DNA of 64,000 bases from Nitrospirales bacterium (GTDB lineage: Bacteria > Nitrospirota > Nitrospiria > Nitrospirales > UBA8639): contig OY729426.1 in NCBI GenBank assembly GCA_963422365.1, forward strand, positions 1,408,001 through 1,472,000, given 5' to 3'. Positions 8,759 through 19,030 of this stretch are shown here, one piece after another. Below the pieces are notes generated by a model that was not told the origin of the DNA, searched no databases, and saw nothing but the letters and a program-made list of their open reading frames with translations. Numbering within the stretch: position 1 is the first letter of the stretch; every line of letters begins with the position of its first letter. Both the position numbers and the translations under genes were made by a program.

Positions 8759-10891
8759 ATGCATGTCAAACGCTGGCTTCTCCTCGCCCCGCTGCTGCTG
8801 ACGCTCTTGTTGCTGCAGTCCTACTTTTGGGTTCCGACGTATGAAAAACAGGCGATGAGTAATCCCGCGCGTCTGGTGACGTATATCGAAGCGTCTTCCG
8901 GCGATGCCAAAATTCTCAACCCGATTTTGAATGCGGACACGGCCAGCTCGAATATCGTGGGCCATGTGTTTGAAGGACTCTTGGATTTAGACGAAAACTT
9001 GAACCTTCGGGGACGGTTGGCTACGGACTGGAAAATCTCCGAAACAGCCTATTTACTCGTGAATCCTTCCACCCGCTTGCCTGACGGCACCGATGTCACG
9101 GGCACGAGCCTGACCAACCGGATTCGAACCGCGCTCCAGGACACGGCGTTTTCCGAGTTGGCGGAAAACATCGACTCCCTTCGCGTGTTGCCTGCAGCCC
9201 GCAGGACGCACAGGCTTTCCGTTCAAGCGCAAGATGCGGACGGTACTCCGACCCGTCGGGACGTGGAGGTGACCTTCGATAGTCCTGAGCGGGTGGCGTT
9301 TGCGTTGCATCGGGTGGATCAGGACTTTTTTCAACGGTTGCTCCCGATCATCGGCAATCGCTATCTCCAAAGTTTTCCGTATGAGCCGTCTGTCACTTTC
9401 CAGGAGGCGGTCCCTCCAACGATCAAAGCCCAGGTGTTCGCGCAATTGCCGGAGCTGTTTCCCGTAGCCGAGCATAATCCCATCATTGATTTCCACCTCC
9501 GTCCAGGCGTGCGGTTTCATGACGGCCATGCGTTCGATGCCGGCGATGTGAAATTTACGTATGACGCCATCATGAATCCCAAGAATCTTTCTCCGCGCAC
9601 ATCCGATTTTGAACCGATCAAGGCGGTTGAACTGCGTGACGTGCATACGGTGCGCGTCGTGTACAAACGGCTGTTTTCCCCGGCGATCAACGCCTGGACT
9701 ATGGGCATCCTCCCCGAACACCTGCTCAATGCCGATGCCATGCGAGAGGAAATGGACGCCCGCGGCCTCTCCGACGCCGCCCGGGCGGCGTTCGGCATGC
9801 GCGACAGCCGGTTTAACCGTCACCCCATCGGCAGTGGGCGGTTTCGTTTTGTCGAGTGGCAAAGCGATGAATTCATTCATCTCCGACGCAATGACGACTA
9901 TTGGGAAGGGCCTGCGGAATATCAGGATTACTACATGCGGATCGTGCCTGATTTGTTGACGCAGGAAATGGAATTTCGGTCCGGCGCGGTCGATTACTAT
10001 GGGACCCAACCGCATCAGGTCGTGCGGTACAAGGAAGATGCCACGTACCAGTCGTTTTCGAGTCTGGGGTCCGGCTATACCTATATCGGCTACAATAATC
10101 GTCGTCCGTTGTTTGCCGATCCGGCGGTGCGCCGGGCGCTGGGCATGGCGATGAACGTCGAAGATTTTCTTCAGTACGTGTTGTACGGCGAAGGGGAACG
10201 CATCACCGGTCCTTATCCTAGCAATACCCCGTGGTACGATCAGGCCGTGGAGCCCTTACCCTATGATCCCGAGACGGCGCAGGCCTTGCTGGAAGCCAAA
10301 GGCTGGCGCCTCAATGCCGATGGCTGGCTCGAAAAGGATGGAAAGATTTTTGAGTTCAATCTCATCACGAACAGCGGCAATCCCATTCGAAAAAACGTCA
10401 TGACGATCGCGCAGAACGCCTGGAAAAAAATCGGGGTGAAGTGCAATACGCACTATTTTGAATGGGCGGTGTTTCTCAAGGACTTTGTGAATACCGGGGA
10501 TTTCGATGCCGTGGTGCTTGGGTGGAGCATGGGCATCGATCCCGATTTGTATCAACTGTGGCATTCGAGTCAGGCCGGGCCGCAGCAATTGAATTTTATC
10601 GGGTATCGAAATCCCCGCGCGGACGACCTGATCGTCCGCATTCGGCAGGAGTACGATCGAGACGTGCAACGGACCATGACCCACCGCTTGCATCGACTGA
10701 TTGCGGAGGAACAGCCGTATACGTTTCTTTACGCTCCTTTGGGAACCCTGGTGTTGGATAAAAAGATCGTGTTGGTTCATCAAGCCGATGACGGATCGGA
10801 ACGGTATGAAAAAATTTACCCCATCCCGAGCGGCGATATTACGTTTTACTTTCATCAATGGCGAAAGTTGGAATTCTCGCCTGGATGGTAA
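8759..10891 (+). CDS. Peptide/nickel ABC transporter substrate-binding protein (family 5) with a large insertion
   Basis: LRPGVRFHDGHAFDAGDVKFT, PIGSGRFRF, VRRALGMA motifs; N-terminal TM anchor. Confidence 0.9.
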   Translation: MHVKRWLLLAPLLLTLLLLQSYFWVPTYEKQAMSNPARLVTYIEASSGDAKILNPILNADTASSNIVGHVFEGLLDLDENLNLRGRLATDWKISETAYLLVNPSTRLPDGTDVTGTSLTNRIRTALQDTAFSELAENIDSLRVLPAARRTHRLSVQAQDADGTPTRRDVEVTFDSPERVAFALHRVDQDFFQRLLPIIGNRYLQSFPYEPSVTFQEAVPPTIKAQVFAQLPELFPVAEHNPIIDFHLRPGVRFHDGHAFDAGDVKFTYDAIMNPKNLSPRTSDFEPIKAVELRDVHTVRVVYKRLFSPAINAWTMGILPEHLLNADAMREEMDARGLSDAARAAFGMRDSRFNRHPIGSGRFRFVEWQSDEFIHLRRNDDYWEGPAEYQDYYMRIVPDLLTQEMEFRSGAVDYYGTQPHQVVRYKEDATYQSFSSLGSGYTYIGYNNRRPLFADPAVRRALGMAMNVEDFLQYVLYGEGERITGPYPSNTPWYDQAVEPLPYDPETAQALLEAKGWRLNADGWLEKDGKIFEFNLITNSGNPIRKNVMTIAQNAWKKIGVKCNTHYFEWAVFLKDFVNTGDFDAVVLGWSMGIDPDLYQLWHSSQAGPQQLNFIGYRNPRADDLIVRIRQEYDRDVQRTMTHRLHRLIAEEQPYTFLYAPLGTLVLDKKIVLVHQADDGSERYEKIYPIPSGDITFYFHQWRKLEFSPGW

Positions 10892-10925
10892 GAGACGCGA
10901 ATTCCAATTGAAGAGTTCGTCGCGG

Positions 10926-11903
10926 ATGCAAGCCTTTATTCTTCGCAATATTTTCCAACGGCTCCTGCTGGTATTCATCGTGTCCATCCTGGCGCATTCG
11001 GTGATTCATCTGGCACCCGGCGAACCCAGCGAAGTCGATCCGGCGAATCCCAGGATGAAGCCCAAAGATATCGCCAAGATTCGAGCGGCGTTTCACCTCG
11101 ACGATCCCTTGTATATGCAATACGCCTATTGGATGCGCGATCTCGTGTCCGGGGAACTGAAGTCGTTTAAGGACAGTCAACCCGTCCTGGGAAAAATCTG
11201 GCGGCGGTTTCTCAATTCGCTGCCGCTCTTTATCTGTGCCACGTTGCTGGTGTGGACCCTGGCGTTTCCCCTGGGCATTCAGGCGGCGATCCATCGTGGA
11301 GCGGTGTATGACCGCACGACGACCTTTGTGGCGTATACCCTCATTTCCGTGCCGGGCTTCTTTTTGTCCTATATCGTGATTCTCTGGGTCGTCGATCTGT
11401 TCGGTGTGCCCGTGATCGGCTTGAAAACCTTTGGGATGGAGCTGGCTCCCCCTCTCTTTCAAACGATGGACCGGATCTGGCATCTGGTGATTCCTTCGCT
11501 GATGTCTGCCCTGGGCGGGATGGCGATTCTTTCTCGGTACGTCCGCTCCCAGATGCTGGAAGTCGTGGGGCAGGATTACGTTCGGACGGCGCGGGCGAAG
11601 GGCGCCACGGAGGATGTCGTGATCTATCGGCATGCGCTGCGCAACGCGTTGTTGCCATTCGTGACCATGTTCGGGTTTTTGCTGCCGAGTTTGATCGGCG
11701 GCTCCGTCATTTTCGAGCAAATTTTCGCGTGGCCTGGTTTGGGGCGATTGGGCTATGAGGCCATTCTCGCGAGAGATTTTCCGGTGATTCTGACCTTGAA
11801 TTTTATTGCCGCGGTGTTGACGCTGGCTGGCACCTTGCTCTCGGACATTCTGTATGCCGTGGTGGATCCGAGGATTCGAACCGGGCTTCAAGGGGATACG
11901 TAA
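10926..11903 (+). CDS. Peptide ABC transporter permease (OppB/DppB-like)
   Basis: DYVRTARAKG, HALRNAL, IFEQIFAWPGLG, DPRIR. Confidence 0.93.
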   Translation: MQAFILRNIFQRLLLVFIVSILAHSVIHLAPGEPSEVDPANPRMKPKDIAKIRAAFHLDDPLYMQYAYWMRDLVSGELKSFKDSQPVLGKIWRRFLNSLPLFICATLLVWTLAFPLGIQAAIHRGAVYDRTTTFVAYTLISVPGFFLSYIVILWVVDLFGVPVIGLKTFGMELAPPLFQTMDRIWHLVIPSLMSALGGMAILSRYVRSQMLEVVGQDYVRTARAKGATEDVVIYRHALRNALLPFVTMFGFLLPSLIGGSVIFEQIFAWPGLGRLGYEAILARDFPVILTLNFIAAVLTLAGTLLSDILYAVVDPRIRTGLQGDT

Positions 11904-11946
11904 TTTTTGAACGGGCATGACCATTACAACTCATAAAAGAAACGTG

Positions 11947-12004
11947 TAGGGCGCGTGCGCATCTCATGCGGCCCGAAAAAGGCGGCATACGATGCCGCAG
12001 CGAC
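11947..12004. repeat. GTAG-type REP-like palindrome pair
   Basis: GTAGGGCGCGTGCGCATCTCATGCGGCCC...GGCGGCATACGATGCCGC between the two permease genes. Confidence 0.4.
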
Positions 12005-12072
12005 GAAAAATACTGGATTCCTGCGTTCGGGAGAATGACAGGAGGGGAGAGGGTTCAACGGATGAGGGAGCC

Positions 12073-13056
12073 GTGGAAAACGTTTCAGACGTGACAAGAA
12101 AAACGAAGAATCTTGTCGAGGACCTTCCGCCTTCGGAAACGCCGTGGCAGGAGTCCCTCCGGTTATTTCAACAGGATCGTCTTGCGCTGACAGGGGCCTA
12201 CGTCTTGGTGTTGCTCTTACTCACGGCGGTGTTTGGCAAAGTCCTGACCGAATGGGTGGTGGTGTTCGATCCCGAAGTCGTGCGGCTGCCGGAAAAATTT
12301 TTGCCTCCCTTGACCGTCTCCTCGCTCGACGGGATCCCTGCCCATGATCGACCGTTTGGCGGAATCTATCTGTTGGGGACGGATGAGTTGGGCCGTGACG
12401 TGTTCGCGCGAATGCTCCAAGGGTCCTTCGTGTCGTTGTCCATCGGGTTTATCGCCGTGGGCATTTCCTTGGCGATCGGCATCGTGCTGGGCGGACTGTC
12501 CGGGTTTTATGGAAACCTCAATCTCGGCGTGGTGACGGTCGATACCCTTATCATGCGGTTCACCGATGTGATGTTGTGTTTTCCAACTTTTTTCTTGATC
12601 CTCACGGTGGTGGCCCTCTTACCGCCCAGCATTTATAACATTATGGTTGTGATCGGGCTGACCAGTTGGATGGGGACCGCCCGGTTCGTCCGTGCCGAAT
12701 TTCTGGCCTTACGCAAACAGGATTTCGTGGTGGCCGCTACGTCGATCGGTGCCCCTGACAGGCGTGTGATTTTTTCCCACATGGTCCCCAATGCCATCGC
12801 GCCCGTGTTAGTCTCGGCCACCATCGGCGTGGCTACGGCCATCTTGACCGAATCGGGCTTGAGCTTTCTCGGGTTCGGCGTGCAACCGCCGTATGCTACG
12901 TGGGGCAATATCCTTGCCGACGGCAAGGGGTTTATCTTTGACGCACCATGGCTCTTTTTTATTCCGGGCCTGGCGATTCTGGTGGTGGTGTTGGCGTTTA
13001 ACTTAGTCGGAGAAGGATTGCGTGAAGCCCTCAATCCGAAACTGCAGAGACGCTGA
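12073..13056 (+). CDS. Peptide ABC transporter permease (OppC/DppC-like)
   Basis: LGTDELGRDVFAR, ESGLSFLGFG, GEGLREALNP; GAGGGAG before GTG at 12073. Confidence 0.93.
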   Translation: MENVSDVTRKTKNLVEDLPPSETPWQESLRLFQQDRLALTGAYVLVLLLLTAVFGKVLTEWVVVFDPEVVRLPEKFLPPLTVSSLDGIPAHDRPFGGIYLLGTDELGRDVFARMLQGSFVSLSIGFIAVGISLAIGIVLGGLSGFYGNLNLGVVTVDTLIMRFTDVMLCFPTFFLILTVVALLPPSIYNIMVVIGLTSWMGTARFVRAEFLALRKQDFVVAATSIGAPDRRVIFSHMVPNAIAPVLVSATIGVATAILTESGLSFLGFGVQPPYATWGNILADGKGFIFDAPWLFFIPGLAILVVVLAFNLVGEGLREALNPKLQRR

Positions 13057-13059
13057 ACC

Positions 13060-14060
13060 GTGAACGCCTCATCCTCTCATCTTCTCGAAGTGTCGCACCT
13101 CTCGACGTCCTTTTTTTCGGATCAGGGGGAGATTCGAGCCGTTGAGGATGTCAGTTTCTCGATTCAGCCGGGACAAACCGTGGCACTTGTCGGGGAATCG
13201 GGGTGCGGGAAATCCGTGACGGCCTTGTCGGTCATGCAGTTGGTGGATTTTCCGGGAAAAGTGGTGGGAGGGCAGGTGGTGTTTAAAGGATCCGACTTGC
13301 TGACCTTGCCCGATCAGGACATTCGACGGATACGCGGCAATCACATCGGCATGGTCTTTCAGGAACCCATGACGTCGCTGAATCCGGTCTTCACGATCGG
13401 CGATCAGATCGGCGAGGTGTTGGAAATTCATATGACCTTGACCAAACGGGACATTCGGCGAGAAGTCATTCGCTTGTTAGAGAAAGTCCATATTCCTTCA
13501 CCGGACAAGCGTATCGATCAATACCCGCACGAAATGTCCGGCGGCATGAAACAGCGGGTGATGATTGCCATGGCCTTGGCGTGTCAGCCCGACCTGCTCA
13601 TCGCCGATGAGCCGACCACGGCGTTGGATGTGACGATTCAGGCCCAGATCCTGGAATTACTGAATGATCTGCAACGCGACATGGGCATGGCGATTCTGCT
13701 GATCACGCATAACTTGGGAGTCGTGGCGCAGTTCGCGCAGGACGTTATTGTGATGTATGCAAGCCGAATCGTGGAACGCGCGAGTGTGGCTCAGCTCTTT
13801 GCCACGCCGTCCCATCCGTATACGCGTGGTTGTTGCGTTCGTTGCCGAAGCCCGGTGTACGCGAAACTAGGCTCGAATCGATCCCTGGCACGGTTCCTTC
13901 GCCCCTGATGTATTGCCGGGGCTGCCATTTTTCCACCCGATGTCCGGAAGTGTTGGACTGTTGCGCCGATGAGGAACCGCCGCTCATTGAAATCGAGCCG
14001 GGCCATGAAGCCGTGTGCTGGTTGCATCAACCCGGGAGAAGGTCGCGTCTCGTTCAATGA
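13060..14060 (+). CDS. Peptide ABC transporter ATPase (OppD-like), with a 1-nt frameshift near 13830
   Basis: [30 protein letters not shown] continues as LLRSLP...GCHFSTRC...AVC in a shifted frame. Confidence 0.88.
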
Positions 14061-15049
14061 ACATGGAACCACCTGACGGACAGCCCTTGCTTGATGTCTT
14101 GCGTCTCAAAAAATATTTCCCCGTCCGAAGCGGCCTCTTGTCGAACGTGTCCGCGTGGGTCAAGGCGGTGGATGATGTCACGTTCGATATCACGCCCGGG
14201 GAAACCTTCGGGTTAGTCGGGGAATCCGGCTGCGGCAAAACCACCGTGGGCCGAACGGTGCTTCGGTTACAGCCTCCCTCCGGCGGCGAAGTTTTTTTTG
14301 AAGGTGAGAATCTGTTTGCCATGGATTCCCAAACGTTGCGGGCCACGCGCCGCCGGATGCAGATCGTGTTTCAGGATCCCTATAGTTCGCTGAATCCTCG
14401 CATGCCCGTCGGCTCCATCGTGGGCGAGCCGTTCAAAGTCCATCACCTGGCAAAAGGTCGGGACTTGACGGATCGAGTGTCTCGACTCCTCGACCGCGTG
14501 GGACTGAGACCGGATCATTCTTCGCGCTATCCGCATGAATTTTCCGGAGGGCAACGCCAGCGAATCGGCATTGCGCGCGCCCTGGCGCTGAACCCGAAGC
14601 TGATCGTGTGCGATGAAGCGGTCTCGGCCTTGGATGTGTCCATTCAGGCGCAGATCATCAATCTGCTCAAGGATCTGCAGGCAGAGTATCATTTGTCCTA
14701 CTTGTTCATTACGCACGACCTGAATGTGGTGCAGTATATCGCCGATCGGATCGCCGTGATGTATTTGGGAAAATTGGCGGAAGTGGCTCCGGCCGACACC
14801 TTATTCTCCAACGCCAAACATCCCTATACCCAAGCCCTGCTTTCCGCTAATCCGTTGCCGGATCCCACGGTGAAACACGAACGCATCTTGCTGTCGGGTG
14901 ATGTGCCGACTCCGCTGAATCCGCCCCCCGGCTGCCGGTTCCACACCCGATGCCCGCACGTGATGGATCATTGCAAAACCATCGACCCGCCCCTCATACG
15001 GATCGGCAAGCCCGAAGACCGCCATACGGTTTGGTGCCATTTGTCTTAA
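14057..15049 (+). CDS. Peptide ABC transporter ATPase (OppF-like)
   Basis: GESGCGKT, FSGGQRQR, GCRFHTRC; ATGA overlap with the upstream gene. Confidence 0.93.
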   Translation: MNMEPPDGQPLLDVLRLKKYFPVRSGLLSNVSAWVKAVDDVTFDITPGETFGLVGESGCGKTTVGRTVLRLQPPSGGEVFFEGENLFAMDSQTLRATRRRMQIVFQDPYSSLNPRMPVGSIVGEPFKVHHLAKGRDLTDRVSRLLDRVGLRPDHSSRYPHEFSGGQRQRIGIARALALNPKLIVCDEAVSALDVSIQAQIINLLKDLQAEYHLSYLFITHDLNVVQYIADRIAVMYLGKLAEVAPADTLFSNAKHPYTQALLSANPLPDPTVKHERILLSGDVPTPLNPPPGCRFHTRCPHVMDHCKTIDPPLIRIGKPEDRHTVWCHLS

Positions 15050-15060
15050 GGAGAGCAACG

Positions 15061-15162
15061 ATGTCCCACATCCGTGGGATTCATGACCCCGTTGGGGAAA
15101 CGTTGACCGTGTACGTTGGTGAGCCTCGACCCGACCTCGTCATCAAGATGTTGAACCTCTGA
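15061..15162 (+). pseudogene. Short remnant, possibly DUF2283-like antitoxin
   Basis: AAGGAG RBS; MSHIRGIHDPVGETLTVYVGEP resembles DUF2283 N-termini, but the ORF is only 33 aa. Confidence 0.3.
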
Positions 15163-15219
15163 TGATAGGAAGTTTGTATGGGAGCAGATGAAGAATCAGG
15201 GCTCTGGACATCCCACGCC

Positions 15220-15523
15220 ATGTACAGACAATATACGATTAGGTTCAGTTGGGAGCAGGACAAAGCGAAGTCCAATCTGAGGAAAGCCCTGAGTTTCCTT
15301 TGAAGAAGCCCAATCCGTCTTCTACGACGAGTTTGCAATACAATTCTATGATGACAGTGCCGCTGAAGAAGACAGGTTTATTCTACTTGGCATGAAGAAT
15401 CAATCTCGTATTCTGGTCGTCGTCTATTGTGAGCGAGGTACAGATGGTGAAGAACTTCGCATTATTTCAGCATGAAAAGCCACGAAAAAAGAATATCACC
15501 ACTACCGAGGTCATTCGTCATGA
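15220..15523 (+). pseudogene. brnT: BrnT-family toxin, disrupted
   Basis: RFSWEQDKAKSNLRK / SFEEAQSVFYD...EDRFILLGM...ILVVVYCER...RIISA*KAT; frameshift plus stop. Confidence 0.8.
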
Positions 15524-15737
15524 AAAAAGAGTATGATTTTTCCACAATGAAATCCCGTAAGAACCCTTACGCGTCCAAGTTAAAAAACTTGTAACGATCC
15601 GTCTGAGCGAGGACGTTATTGAGTATTTCAAGGAAATGGCTGAGGAGTCAGGTATGCCTTATCAACGTTTAATCAACCTTTATCTGCGCGATTGTGCCAA
15701 CCGGCATCGTAAGGTTGATATCCAGTGGCAACTTTGA
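15520..15737 (+). pseudogene. brnA: BrnA-family antitoxin, frameshifted
   Basis: MKKEYDFSTMKSRKNPYASKLK / VTIRLSEDVIEYFK..AEESGMPYQRLINLYLRDC. Confidence 0.8.
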
Positions 15738-15859
15738 CTGAGCCTCGATCCGACTAAGTGTGCGAGGAAACCGGTGAGGGGGGGTGATCCTCATCAAGGG
15801 TCAGCAGAGCGGCGAGGTGACAGGGTTCGAACGCCTCTATTACCAGGCTGTTCCCTGCC

Positions 15860-16710
15860 CCCCCAATACCTATCAGGCTTTGAGGCCCTGGTCCGCTTAA
15901 ATGCCGAAGTAGGCAAGCAACGATTTTCTAAGATTGAGATCGACATGACGACCACCGCCTGGCTTGATGCAGACATGTGCTCGCCGTTTGGAGCCATTCT
16001 CTATCGTATCGGGCATAACATGAATACGATTCATTTGACCAATCTGCGGTCTGATGGTGGAACAATTCTTTCCAAAAGTGCTTTCCTCGGTCATTATGGG
16101 CGCATGCCCGTTCGGGATACTTATGGCACGACGATTCCTTATCAGCGCTTCGACGTGAAGGACGATCGATTTTTTACCAGCTATGCGGAGTCGAAATTCG
16201 TCGGGCGGTCGGAACTCCCTCGGATGACTCAGGGCTTTGTGAAACGGTTCCGCGAAAGCGGATTTGAAATTTTCAGCAACGCGGTGATCTATTCTGGCAC
16301 ACAGTTGGGGGATTTTCAGTTGCGGCCAATTGTTCCCCAGGCGACACCGTCTAGACTTCTCTGTCGCAGACGTAGGCATCAGCATTCGTCATAATGTAAA
16401 AAAACTGCGGGCTTGACTTTTGCGGGGCTCATGAAGCGATTGTATGGGCCACAGAAAGGGCAATGCGACCAAACGAGGGTCAATTCCTGGGGGTCTTGGC
16501 CTTAAGCTTTTGAGCGAGTTCATCAAGCTTAAGAGTGGCCGTCTTCAGATTGTTTCCGATTCCGGCTATTGGTCTTTGGAAAATTCAGATATTCAAACTG
16601 CGCTTCTCAGCGCCCCGTTTCCCTGTACCGTGGCCAATGTTGAAAGCGACACGGCAGATACGCAATCCTCCGCGCTTTCGTCGGTGTTGAAGGAGTCAGA
16701 CATTTTTTAA
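15860..16710 (+). pseudogene. HATPase_c (GHKL) kinase-like protein with STAS-like N-terminus, multiple frameshifts
   Basis: N-box-like EIFSNAVIYS, G1-like ADVGISI and G2-like GGLGLKLL lie in different frames. Start not identifiable. Confidence 0.7.
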
Positions 16711-16731
16711 CGCTTTAGAAGGGGCCACTTC

Positions 16732-17091
16732 ATGAGCAAGGAGATTAGAGTTTCTCCGTTCGAAATTGTTGGCAACTTGCTTTGCGTCGCTTCGGACGAT
16801 GGGCAGAAGGTGTATGACCGCATCGCCATGGCCCTTCGTGATGGGCAGAACGTCATCGTCTCATTCCACAACGTGACGAGTTTAACTTCTGCGTTTCTGA
16901 ATGCCGCTATCGGGCAGTTGTATGGATCCTTTTCGGCTGATCAGATTCGAGCCAAACGGCAGGTGAAAGACATGGCGGCCGAAGATCTGGCCTTGCTCAA
17001 GCGAGTTGTTGGCACGGCAAAGGAATACTTCAAAGATCCTGAACGATTTCAGAAAGCCGAGCAGGCCGCGCTAGAGGGCAGGGATGTCTGA
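16732..17091 (+). CDS. STAS-like domain protein (DUF4325-like)
   Basis: ASDDGQKVY...VIVSFHNVTSLTSAFLNAAIGQLY; 119 aa, open frame. Confidence 0.8.
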   Translation: MSKEIRVSPFEIVGNLLCVASDDGQKVYDRIAMALRDGQNVIVSFHNVTSLTSAFLNAAIGQLYGSFSADQIRAKRQVKDMAAEDLALLKRVVGTAKEYFKDPERFQKAEQAALEGRDV

Positions 17092-17610
17092 TAGGGCTTT
17101 GCCCATTGAGCGGCACATGTTCCGTAAAGAAGACAAGCTGCGTTTTGATACGAATGTCTGGGTATTCATTGATGGGTCCCTGTATCGATCTGCCGATAAA
17201 CGTGCAAGGCTTTATTCTGATGCGTATAAGCGCATTTTGGAAATTCGATGCCGAACTTTTATTGATGCCATCATCCTCTCCGAATTTGTGAACGGCCTTT
17301 CCCTGATGGGCTACCATGGCTTGCCTTCTGAGAGACCTCAAGCCTTCAAAACGTTCAGACGAAGTGCCCCGTTGCCAAGGGCATTTCCGATGCCTGCCAC
17401 TGAATTGTGAGATCTTGCACAAGAATTGAGAGGCTTTGCCTCACTTGATGTTGATGCGCTGCTAAATTGCTATCAAAAAGGCAAGGCTGATTTTAATGAC
17501 CTCATCCTCACTCAGCTAAAAGACAAGGTCTTACCTTAGTGACCGACGAGGGCGATTTTCGTGGAAGCGCATTGAAAATTTTGACGGGCAACCGGCGTCT
17601 GCTCACCTAA
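17084..17610 (+). pseudogene. PIN-domain ribonuclease, disrupted
   Basis: FDTNVW, ILSEFVN, ADFNDLIL, LVTDEGDF, ILTGNRRL spread across several frames. Confidence 0.75.
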
Positions 17611-17756
17611 GCAATAAGCTGTCAGGCTTACCCCGGCCTTAGCCACAGCATGATGTCGAGCCTTCCTTGCGAGCCAGCAAAGCTGGTTCGTATAATCAAA
17701 CATTCACGTGCCAAGGCGGACTATGAATCGATGATGCCGTACAAGCAGGAGTGTGC

Positions 17757-19001
17757 ATGACCGAGCAAGATCCGAAACCCTATCCCGCGCTTCGGAATAT
17801 CCAGTATTCGCCCATGAAACAGGGTGAGGAGCAGTACATCGTCTTGTGGGACCCTACCGGGTTGAGTGCGGAAAAACTCATTGTTCCCCTCAACTTTTTC
17901 TATCTGTTTCAATTTCTGGATGGGGAGCATTCCTTGGAACAAATCGGCGTCGAATATCTGAAAAAATACGGCGAGTTCCTGATGCCGAACAAGCTCGATC
18001 TGCTCATTGCCGACCTAGATGAAAAGCTGTTTCTGGAAGGCGACCGATACGAGGCCGCCAAGGCGGCTGCAGTCAAAGCCTATCGTGAGGCACCAATGCG
18101 GAAGCCCCAATTTGCGGGCAAAAGCTACGAAGACGATCCGCAAAAACTCCAAGCTCAGATTGCAGGGTTCTTTGCCTCGAAGGAAGGCCCTGGTCGCGAC
18201 CCGTCGGCCAATCAAAGAAAACCCATCAAAGCTCTGGTCGTGCCGAGCTACGAGGTGAACAAAGCTGGTGCGTTATACGCGTGGGCGTATAACGCATTGC
18301 GGGAGGCGGAAGCGCCGGATGTCTATATTCTATTGGGGACGGCCCATGCCGGGTTAACGGAGCCCGTGGCCGTGACGGATAAAGATTTTGAAACCCCGTT
18401 GGGGGTGGTGCCGGTCAATCGGCCGCTCATGGAGTATTTACAATCCAAGGGTGGGAATGCGTTGTTCGCTGATGAATTGCGGCATCAAACGGAACACAGC
18501 ATCGAATTTCAGTTACCCTTTCTTCAGGAAACCGTGGGCACGCAACAGGCGATCTCTATTGTCCCGGTCTTGTCTTCGTTCTCGCCCGGTTGTTTCATTG
18601 ATTCCGAACTCAAAGATTTCGTCGACCGCATCGAGCAGTTTGTGGCGCTGTTGAAAGACGCGATTGCCGCGTCAGGTCAAAAGGTTTGTCTCATCGCCAG
18701 TGCGAATCTCGCGCATATAGGTTTGCGCTATGGTGATAATACGGCCCCAACGGATTTTTCTTTCCACCGCTGCATGCAAACCGACCTGGAAATGCTGAAG
18801 CACGTGGAAAATGTCGATGCCCAAGGCTTTGCCGAATTTCTCCTCAAAGAACAAGACCACCGCCACGTCTTAGGCTTCTCGGCGATTTATCTGCTCTTGC
18901 GATTGATTGAGGCGGAAAAAGGTGAAGTGTTGCGCTATGATCGCGAGATCGTCGATCAATTCAACTCTACCGTCACCTATGCCAGCGCCGCGTTTTTTTA
19001 A
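17757..19001 (+). CDS. amrB: AmmeMemoRadiSam system protein B (MEMO1 family), long form
   Basis: FAGKSY, LGTAH, FETPLG, EHSIEFQLPFLQ, ASANLAHIG, VTYASAAF. Confidence 0.85.
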   Translation: MTEQDPKPYPALRNIQYSPMKQGEEQYIVLWDPTGLSAEKLIVPLNFFYLFQFLDGEHSLEQIGVEYLKKYGEFLMPNKLDLLIADLDEKLFLEGDRYEAAKAAAVKAYREAPMRKPQFAGKSYEDDPQKLQAQIAGFFASKEGPGRDPSANQRKPIKALVVPSYEVNKAGALYAWAYNALREAEAPDVYILLGTAHAGLTEPVAVTDKDFETPLGVVPVNRPLMEYLQSKGGNALFADELRHQTEHSIEFQLPFLQETVGTQQAISIVPVLSSFSPGCFIDSELKDFVDRIEQFVALLKDAIAASGQKVCLIASANLAHIGLRYGDNTAPTDFSFHRCMQTDLEMLKHVENVDAQGFAEFLLKEQDHRHVLGFSAIYLLLRLIEAEKGEVLRYDREIVDQFNSTVTYASAAFF

Positions 19002-19030
19002 GAAACCTGCCCGTTGGTCGGCTGTCTGGT

